A stretch of 63,997 nt of DNA, filler included, from Streblomastix strix (lineage: Eukaryota), in assembly GCA_008636045.1 (NCBI GenBank). It is 4 parts of 4 records of this genome, joined end to end, with 100 filler letters (N's around TTAATTAATTAA, not from the genome) between each part and the next. Parts side by side here need not be neighbours in the genome. Positions count along the whole stretch, not along the records: positions 48,739 to 63,997 come from SNRW01001011.1; 3 more parts are not named here. One strand, 5' to 3'. The position numbers and the translations under genes were made by a program. The notes below the pieces were generated by a model. The model saw nothing but the letters and a program-made list of their open reading frames with translations, was not told the origin of the DNA and searched no databases. Below are positions 54,401 through 63,997 of the stretch, in pieces; position 1 is the first letter of the stretch; each line of letters begins with the position of its first letter.

Positions 54401-55151
54401 GTATTCCAACAACAAATATTGGCTATTCAACGTCTTCAACAAAAAAATGAAGAGTCCTTGGCGTTGAATCCATATCTACTTCAGCGCCAATTCTCTGATC
54501 GCAAAGAAACTATGCATTTCCATTGACTTCTCTTTCCATATGTTCTATTTAACCTCTTTATAGTAAATTAATATGTTAATATGCTGAAATAAAAAAATAA
54601 GTTATTTGTTTCATACTTTTATCCAGAATAAAATACAGTTTAGTTTGGAGCTAATAATGAAATAAAAAAGGATTTAAAAATTAAAACCAATTTAATATTT
54701 AAAATATTATTTATTACATACATTGGTTCCGAGGAGTACTCTCAGGAATAAATGTAATTGAAGAATCCATAATGCCTACACTTTCTAAATGAAATTATAT
54801 GAAAATTAAATTTGAAATTAAATTAGCAAATAATGTAAAAATATAAAAATAATTCAAACCATCGTTTATTTTATTAAGGCCCTAGATAGCTGCTTCAAAA
54901 TAAACTATTCCTTCAGTTATGACAGGATCAACAGCAATTGGTTGGTAGTTAGAAATTACAGTAAAATATTTATTTCCACACGAACCACGTAAATGTATTG
55001 GAAATATTGGAGACGATTTTTATTAACTTATTGAAGTATTAGTAAGTTAATTAGAAGTGGAAAGAGGTAAAAAAGAATAACTCGGAATTGGCGCATTCTA
55101 TGGAATTGAAAATTTTGAAAGAAGCTTCTTATGTGATCTAATTATAGACAT
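51447..55151 (-). CDS. Protein with two SPRY/B30.2-like domains and a C-terminal helical (ARM-like) region, multi-exon
   Basis: IAVDPVITEGIVYFE...GNAQFLCDQRIGAEVDMDSTPRTLHFFVEDVEQPIFVVGIPAAIRF, with a second copy GNSAFFCGQRVGIEVNMNIQPHTLHFFVYDVQMPIFIIGVPDSIRF. A long final exon ends at TGA 51449-51447. Exon borders are approximate. Confidence 0.75.
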
Positions 55152-57272
55152 GTGCTATTTATAAATGTCTGTATAAGATTTTCAAATTGGCAATCAACAA
55201 TATAAAATAGAAAATATAAAAAATAAATTATCATTATATTAAATTTGTAAATAGACAAAAGTTATTTTATTTCTAAGGAAATTTTAAAAGATTAATATAT
55301 AATTTTATTTTTTATATATTTCTAGATAATGTTATATAAAACAATGAGAGTTTCAGATGGGTGGGTTAATTTAATTGCACATTTAAAACATGAAATTGAA
55401 TATAGATTTGAATCTATTTCATAATAGATGGGGATGTCAAATTGCCACACTGGGTAAAGTGGGGCAGGATAAACCAGAAAAGTGGGTTAGTCAAATTGAA
55501 AATAAAGTAAAAAAAATAAATAGATTTTTTTTTAAATTTGTTAAAAATTATGAAGAAAAAAATGTAAATTTATTTATCTCGACGATAACTTGTTATATTG
55601 AAGTAATGAATTATAAAATGGATTTTAAATGTCATAATATATAAAAAAAATAAATCGTATGTAGCGACAATATCTTGACTTGAAGCCTAATGTGAAAATT
55701 TATCTTGAAATTTTCATGAAATTCGTTTTTGGTGTATAGTCAGGAATATTTTGTATTGAATTTCATTTAAAAATTTAAATATTTTGGAATTTAAAAGAAT
55801 GAATTTAAAATTTTGAGTATATTATATTGTATCTGTTGGTAAAATAAAATAAAATTAAAAATGAACGTTTTTCTTTGAAGTAAGTTAAATTTTATTAATG
55901 ATATTCAAATGCACTAGTAAATATTTATATTAAATAAATAAAATATAGAAAACAGAATATAAAACAATGAGATCTCGTGAAACAAGCAGGGCAAACTTTT
56001 AATTTGGGGCATCAGTATTTAATTGGGGGCAAAAATTAATTTGTGGGCAGAATTTTTTAATTGAGGGTAGCTTCCCCTTTTTATTTTTGTGGGAGATATA
56101 CTCTATTATTCAAAAAACTGATATTTTTTAAAAGATTTATAACATTAATGGACATATTTTTACACAATTATGATATATCATATTTATTTTCTCGTTTTAA
56201 AAAGAGCTTGCCCACTTTCCCTCAATTAAGTTATATTTTGAGCTAGAAATCTATTAGATATTAATTAATATGAATATTAATTATTTTGAATTATAAAATA
56301 TTTTTAAAATATTTGTAACAAAATATATAAACCAAAATAAAAAAAAATTTTTTTTAATTGTTTTTTTATTATCATTATTACAAATAGGGAAAATAATAAA
56401 ATTTTAGCTAGACTTTTGATAAAGTAGCGGACATTTTAAGCATATTTAATAAATTAATATTTTTTTTTGAAACGAATGAAGTTTTTTCTTAACAACAGTG
56501 TTTAAAAATAAATTGAATAAATTAACAGATGTAAAATTATTTTAAATTTTATAATTTAAATTTATTTAGCTTATTTTTGTTGTTATATAAATCCATTTTA
56601 GTATTATTATTAGATATGAAAATTTTTATAAATTGATTATTTGTAATTATTTATTTATATAATTTTAATATTTTAATGCTTTTTCTACTACATGTTTAAA
56701 AATTTTTATATTAAACGTTAAATATTTTTTTAATTTTTCTATTTCTGTTATTTTTTATCTTTGCCTGAAATTCTTCTACTTGCGATATGATTATTACGCT
56801 AAGATACGTAACATTTAATTTTTTTATAAAATTATAAAATTCTTCGTTTGATTCCAAATTTTTTTTATTTATAAATTTAAAATCGTATTTGAAGTTCTTC
56901 TTCAATATTTTACTTTTATGAAAATTTTAAGTCCATAAATTTTTATTTGAAAATTCAAAAATAAATTTAAAAATTATGTTAAATTTAATATATATTTATT
57001 ATGTTTTATTTTGTGCTACGCAATTTCTATCAACAAAGATGCTGCATTTATAACTAATGCAAGGACTGCAAATGAATGTCCAAATGATATTATTTAAATT
57101 TTACAAAAGTTGAATATTTGAAAATGAATTCGCAACATTCAATTAATAAAAAGCCACTGGATAAATATTGAAATTTAAGTAAAATTTTTATTTGAATTTA
57201 ATTATATACCTCTCAATTTTTACTTTACTTTGAAAGTCAAATTTGTGCTATTAGAATACATTGAACTTCGTC

Positions 57273-58920
57273 TTATTTCATCTTCTGTAAAATTCTGTTT
57301 AATACTGGAATTTGTGGATAGATATTTAATTTGATTTTACTCCATTTGTAATTAAATGCGTTATGGAAGTGTGTCTCCAGATCGTTGAGATCCACTGTTA
57401 CGTAGTTCTTAATTAGTTTGTTATATTGTGTTGCGAATATGTCTATATCCGGCATGTAACTCCATGTCTTACAAATCATTTAGATTATTCCGTCCCTCAG
57501 TGTGTAATTTCCTGATCTACATAGTCCCGAAAGTGAATCTGTCGTTTAGTTCAGCTTTCCTGGGATGTGGATTGTTGTGATCTGTAGTTTAAGTTGTTTC
57601 ACCAGATAAAACACTTGTTTTATTCTTTCTATCAGGGATTCCTTCGCTTTCCATTTCCCAATATCGTAGACTGTTGTTGCGTTATCTGAACGTATCAAGA
57701 CTGCCTGATCTAGCGTCTTCTTAAAGACTTGTTCGAAACGGAGCAGCCCGTAGTAAATAGCTTTTATTTCTTTAGCATTGCTTGTCTTATCTACTTCTTT
57801 ATTGTTCCAACAGTCGTGTTATATCAGTTCTATCTGGTTCTCGTATATCAGCGTCGCTCCCCAGCCCTATGGAGATGCGTCCGTTTTTAACATGCATTCT
57901 ATTGTTTTGTTAATCATTGACTCAGGTTGGTTATCCCCAATTCTCCTTATCCACCTTTTCAATTCCTTGATTTCTACTTTGTATACTATCATTATTCCAT
58001 CCTATGACACTATCTTCAATGCTTGAGTCTTCGCTTTATCTAATTTCATTAGATGCAAGCACGCTTCTTTTATTTGGGGCCTATGGAAGTTTAATCAGCC
58101 TATCAGCGCTGCAGTTATCTTAACTTCACGCATTTATTCTTATATATTGTGTTGAACCGGTCTTTCAATGCTTATACCACTTTCAGCTTTCTTTCTTCTG
58201 ACTTTGATATTTTCATTTTATACAAGGTCCATATCCATCAAATGAATATTATTATATATTACGGTTCTATTTCCCATTTCTCTGTTGATGTTATATATGC
58301 GAATTATTGCTACATTTTCATTATCTCCATTGTTTATGTTTTGAGTATTTGTTGGTCTTAGTAGATTAGAAGTAAGTCATCGGAGTTGCCCAGCATTTTA
58401 ACTTAAAAGTTTATTTATTTTGTCTAACAATTGATTCAATTGCTTTTGCGAAGAAGATTTAACTTTGACTAGTCCCAAATTGCTTGTTACTGTTTGCGTA
58501 ATTACAATCATTTAAGCTAAATTTAAGGAACTTAGTTGAGTTTTGAGATACTATAAAGTTGTGAAATGCCGATTTGAGGTCGATAGATGTAACATAATTC
58601 ATTTAATTAGCTAGGTATTGTACTTTCTCTTGTCCATGCAATTTGAAGGGTGATTTCTATATTTCTTTATTTAACTTGCTCGCATCCAGAATCTTTCTCC
58701 ACGCTACATTATGTTTTGATATTATGAAAGTACGCTTCAACCATTTCACATGATTCCTTTATATAATAATTACTAATTCATCATATAATTCTTCCTTCAA
58801 CATTTCTTGGTATGCCTCTTTCTCTTCTTTCGTTCCTCTAAATATTAATATCAATTTATTCCCCTCTAGTTTTTATTAATTCTTTTAATATTCATCTATA
58901 TAAATGGTCCTTAATAGTTT
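57273..58920 (-). mobile_element. DIRS-like retrotransposon pol remnant (RT, RNase H, methyltransferase-like)
   Basis: ILDASKLN, SIDLKSAFH, NSDDLLL, TDASPQGWGA, SNAKEIKAI, IRSDN, HIPGKLN..TDSLS, DIFAT and NAFNYKW. Degraded. Confidence 0.9.
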
Positions 58921-59699
58921 CAATTTTAAATATATATGATATTTTTTAAATTTTTTGTTCTATACCTTATGTGAGATGAAAAATCGCTATTTACGGTCTC
59001 GTTGTGTGTATTGGCACATGCGGTCCTGCAGGCCCTTATCATTATGGAGATTTTCCTCACGGTTCCGAGTTTGATAAGGGCATATCATTTTGTATTACTG
59101 AAATTTATGTATCTTCATTTTGATTGAGAGCCAAATTTTAGTTCTAGGTCAATATTGGTCTCATTATTTTTTTCTATACGGTTGATGGCGCTAATTATTG
59201 AAGTTTTTTAGTCTAGACTCTTCTAAGGCCTATCTGCTGGACATAAAATGACAAATAAATATTTTTTGTCGTGTCTTTGCGAAGAATATTGGCGAATCGA
59301 AGTTCAAAAAATAGTCCAAATTTAAACATTTCCGGTTTTAATAAATTCAATTACATTTTTTGAAAATGGATAATTCTTATGAACAATAGAAAGAAAACAT
59401 AAATATATATATAAATTAAGCAATTTTAATTGATTATATTTTAAATTTTTGGTATTTCTTACTTTTCAATTATTGTCAGCAGAGATGCCGCATTTTCAGA
59501 TTATTCGCATTTTGCATATGAAAGATCTAATGAAATTAATTAAGTTTTGGAAAAGTTGAATTAATGAAAATAAATTCTTAACATTCAATTAGAATTATAT
59601 TGTGTGATAAAATTATAAATTTAAATCAATTCTTTCAATAATTTTTTCCAAAAATTATAATATTTTAGATTTATAAAGTACATCTCTTTCGGAGACTCT

Positions 59700-62600
59700 T
59701 GCTTTACCTCAATATTATGAGATTTCCAAATTGGTCGCTGGGACATGGTGCTCCGTTGAGCTGCCCATCCCTATGGGTCGTCTATTTGAAAAATACGAAA
59801 GCGAGCCATGACGCAGGCAAGTGGTTAAAATGAATAGGCATTATTCATATATACTTTCACGATGGAGCTGGTCTCAATTCGACACGGAGCCAACCTCTGA
59901 CTGACGACATAGACGCGACCGGGAGCGATATCAACGTATTTGCGAGCGACTGCGAGATTACAGTGACAGACGCCGACGCTGGACGTGCTCTGATTACGCC
60001 ACCGATACAGGAGATATATTTTTTTACCTTGATGTTCATGGAGCTGTTAAACAGGCGGAACGCGTTCGCAAAAGAATTTTGGGCGAATACAATCGTACAG
60101 ACGCAAGTATGGGACTATTATGCACAAATTATGAATGTGCCTGAGGCAACCAGACTTGTAGAAATATTAATGCACCAAATATTGAACAGTACATTGAAAT
60201 GATGAGTGGATAGGTATATTAAGAATTTGTAATTTCAAATCCTGATGCTGTACAAGCTTACGATACTTTTGATTCAACATGTGCTGGAAGGGAACTCTAA
60301 AGAAGCATTGATTGACCAAGTAGACATGTGTACTGCACTACTACAGATTCAGCCGCTGGTGACGTATACTCCTATCCAAATCGTTCAATAATTTTACTCA
60401 TAACAATTAGGACTAAGACAACAGATAAAATATTCATTTCAGAGATTTTGCATGAACACGGGAATTCAACAATTTTAAAGTTTTCAGTAAAAAAAAGCTT
60501 TTTTTTCAAGCAACCTCAACATTTTTCTGGCTTTAATATGTAATTATACAAATAACTGTGTGCCAATGAAGGTCCTCTTCAATTTATGTAGAACCTTCCA
60601 ATTATAGGAATACAAAAAATTTTACAATTTATTTTAATAACTCAACCAGCACCAAACTCAATTGACCACCCAGATTTCCAATCTAACTTCTAAAGCTAGA
60701 GTTGTATATAACTGAATCAATAATATAACCAATTTACGACAATCGGATCTCTCACATTAGTACATCATCAACACAATCAAGCTCAGAAAGCTAAACATGT
60801 AAATAGACGATTATCAGACTCACTAAGAACGGCCTTACAAAGAAGGATTTGCTTAGATTTGCAACCATTACGGAAAAAGTGGATCTTACAAGTTGCAGAT
60901 TAGAGTGTATTAACCTAAATAACTGTTCCACAATTATTAATAGTCGTGAATATATAACAATTCTATACTCACAGATATTTCAGGGTCCAGAGAAGTTATA
61001 CAAAAAGAGATATGTGTTTAAAATCAATTGAAGAACATCATAGAAGATTTGTGGAGTGTCTTTTGAATAAAAAAAATCTTAGTGCAGAAACATGCCCGAT
61101 ATGTATATCTATCTATTAATGATTGGAAATCATTTTGGAGAGAAGTAAGTTCAGATTTTACCTAGATATAGTAAGAATATAGTTGCGTGATGATGATAAC
61201 CACCATGACCACGATCATGGTCCTGATCACGACCGTAATCATGGACATAACAAAAAGCAAAATAATAGGAATGATAAATTAGACTTGGGAAGGAGCAGAA
61301 AGAGAAGAAGAGTAATTTCAGGTGAAGGTTCAGCGAATGGACAAATTAATGATGATTGGGCTGAAGTTCTGCAATTCGAGATTAAAAGACAACAACACAA
61401 ATAGTTCAGAATTCAACGCGGCAGACAAAAATAGGCATATAGACCAATTCAGGATCCAGTCTATACGGCAACTCTCCGAATCGCTAAAGAAGAAGCATTT
61501 CTTATAAGAAATAACATCTTTTTCAACCTCGACTAAGAGAGCAATGTATCTTGGACATGTTGCTAATCAATTAATTAAGAATTTGACAATAATCCAATCA
61601 TTAAAGTTTCAAACAGCCCAACAATTACTCGCAGCAAAAGATAATTAAGAATAATTGAATTAACAGATGAACATTCAGATCTAATAATAGGTAAATTAGC
61701 TTCATGAAGTTAGTATAGAAATACAAATCCAATAACAAGATGTCATTATCAATAATACATAAAATGAATAGAGATAACAGATAGATGTTAAAAATTCAAA
61801 ATAGGATTCTTAACAAAATGTAGAGAATGTTCCAAGGAATAAACAATAAAAAATAAATAATGATGCTGAATAATATATGAAAACAGTTGCAACACATAGA
61901 CCTTAAACAAATTCACCTAATGATTTATAACATCAACAAGTAGGATAAAATGATGATTTGAATAATATGGCAGAACAAAATCCATTTTAACCAACACAAA
62001 ATTTCCCAAGACTGCTTAATCTAACTCACCATACTTCACTATCTGAGACTGGATCTCTAAATGGACAACAATAATAGCTATCCTTATCTTTATCGCCATC
62101 ATCGTCATCATCAATAACACAAATTAATTAAAATTAATAACGAAGTCAAAGATAGTCTCTATTCGTCGCAGATCCCAACCACCAGTTCATCAGGGGAATA
62201 TAACAGTCAAAATACATCTCAATAGAAGAAGCAGTTAATCGTCTAACACTACTCTCATAAGATCCTAAAAAGCAAGTTGAAATTAAAGTATATGCAGGAG
62301 AACAAGTCTAATATACCAAAAAATGGAACTGAATGAAAAAATCAAAATATGATGAAAGGCATGATGAATAAACTCTAAAATCATTCTGCAGAAGATGAAG
62401 CTATGAGATTTCAAATGGAAGTACTAAATAAATTATCACCTGAAGAACAATAGAAGGTAGAGAAAGGCTTTGGCTCACAAATGAGATTAACACCATTTTA
62501 TGAAGCCTAGATATAAAGAAGAATAACAGAATAGAGTAAGAACGCAATTCACATTAACGCGGGTAGGGATTTTGGTAGCGGAACAGGTGAATAACAAGAT

Positions 62601-63997
62601 GAATTTCAAGAAGACTTCTTAGGTGAACCCTAATAACTAGAGATTAGGATATTATACAAGAAGAATAAGAAGCACAATCCTAAAAAACATCAAAGTGGTT
62701 AGAAAAAGCAGAAAAGGATTTAGGCTTAAACACAATTTTACTACAATAATTAGGTGTGGGACAATCACCTTGGACCATTGTTTAGTTAGATGAACTATCC
62801 GGGACCGCCAGGGAGGGCCTAAGATCAGTCAAACACAAAACTGTGATCGAAATAACGCACCAGTTGATGGCAAAAGATAGTTTCCCTAACACAAATAACT
62901 CCACAGAGCTAGATTACACCTTACCAGAGCTACAATTAAAGCTCAATTTTGAATGTTGATCTTATGGGAATAATTACAAATCCATTCTCAGTTCCGAAAG
63001 GAATGTAACATCAATAGATTGCAGGAGAGGCAGCATAGCTTTTTCATGCACCCGGAGAGACTTTTTCAATAAATGGAAACGTAAAAAGGGTAGCATCTTC
63101 TACAGACAGCATAGTTTCGGGCTAAATAGGGGTTGCTGGAACAAAACCAACGAATATTTAGACAGCATCTTCCACACAATTCCAGGGAAATCCTGTTCGT
63201 AAACCCAAAATGGAAAAGAAAGGAGGATGGATACCTGTCGGAAGTAATGCCACAAGCACAAATATTTCTGTTGTCGCAAACAAGAACTAGATTGAAGACG
63301 AGCAGCGCTGACAGCCAGGTGCTAGCCCCCGGACGGTTCCAACTTATGGGAGTTCGGATTAGAGCAAAGAAGGAGATTCAAATACAGGAAATTTTTCCTA
63401 GTACCCCAATGGAGAAAATAATACAACCTCAACCAGACACGGGAATGGATGGGATAAACAGTTCGTTATTTGGAAACATGGAAACTGGTAAAAGGAGTGG
63501 AATTAATATAAAAAGGGTTTTTCCTTCTAATCAAAAGCGAGGATAGCGAGAAGAGATGGTAGGTGAAACTGAGAAGTTGTCCGTTCTCGGGCTCAAGAGA
63601 AGAGGAAACAGTATACACAGAGAAATTGGAGGAAGAATTAAGAGAAAACATAATAGAATAAATACGTCCAGAACAGGCTAAATGGTTTAATCCAACATTT
63701 ATAATTCCGAAGCCTCATTAGAAATGGAAGAAAATTCTAGGTGCGAGCGCATTGAACATGGAGATACAAACAATTCATTTTAAGATGAATGGAACAGATC
63801 AAGTGAGAGATTTGATAAGGAAAGGAGACTGGGCAACAAGTTTAGATCTAAAATCGGTCTTTCACCACCTACTAATATATCCACCACATAGACCATACCT
63901 AGCATTCGAAGCAATGGGGAAAGTTTATTAATATAGAGCAATGCCGTTCGGAACACAGCACTCCCCAATCTTCTTCGCTCAGGCCCTGCCAATGGTT
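59700..63997 (+). mobile_element. DIRS-like retrotransposon, 5' part (degraded ORF1/gag-like region and RT start)
   Basis: A terminal-type motif at 59758-59780 is shared with the DIRS end in contig 3. Broken Q-rich ORF1-like frames are followed by RT. The left boundary is uncertain. Confidence 0.6.
63465..63997 (+). CDS. DIRS-type reverse transcriptase, N-terminal part (runs off the window)
   Basis: WFNPTFIIPKPHQKWKKILGASALN...HFKMNG...DWATSLDLKSVFHHL...RPYLAFE...YQYRAMPFGTQHSPIFF. Confidence 0.92.

Noticed and set aside
53380..54530. Ddi1-like aspartyl protease domains
   Set aside because: There is no D(S/T)G catalytic motif. The GN...G.EV.M...P.TLHFFV...P..IRF pattern fits SPRY-like domains instead.
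55451..56224. Possible MITE bounded by GGTAAAGTGGGGCAG / TTGCCCACTTTCCC
   Set aside because: The end match is short and gapped and no TSD could be defined.

Overview
The window is AT-rich eukaryotic DNA. It consists of four unrelated ~16-kb contigs (1-16149, 16250-32396, 32497-48638, 48739-63997) joined by artificial 44N-TTAATTAATTAA-44N spacers. Genes read through TAA/TAG as Gln, stop only at TGA and have short GT-AG introns, so the supplied standard-code ORF track is mostly artefactual. The code and gene families suggest a metamonad, most plausibly the oxymonad Streblomastix (inference). Contig 1 holds a full-length Sola2-type transposon (14-bp TIRs, TAAT TSD), hAT debris, a type-I membrane protein with 8-Cys DPRAG repeats and a low-complexity gene. 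Contig 2 holds a 9.9-kb hAT element with an 8-bp TSD carrying an intron-containing host membrane-protein fragment and a second transposase, plus MITEs. Contig 3 holds a decayed endogenous Polinton/Maverick-like DNA virus: probable major capsid protein, a small amphipathic-helix protein, phage-like repeat fibre genes, a protein-primed PolB with an internal HNH-like Zn module, and an integrase with D-x35-D spacing. These are followed by a DIRS remnant and a bacterial-type nitroreductase. Contig 4 holds the 3' part of TOP3B, a double-SPRY/helical-repeat gene and two DIRS retrotransposons. All translations and alignments were done by eye, and no database searches were run.
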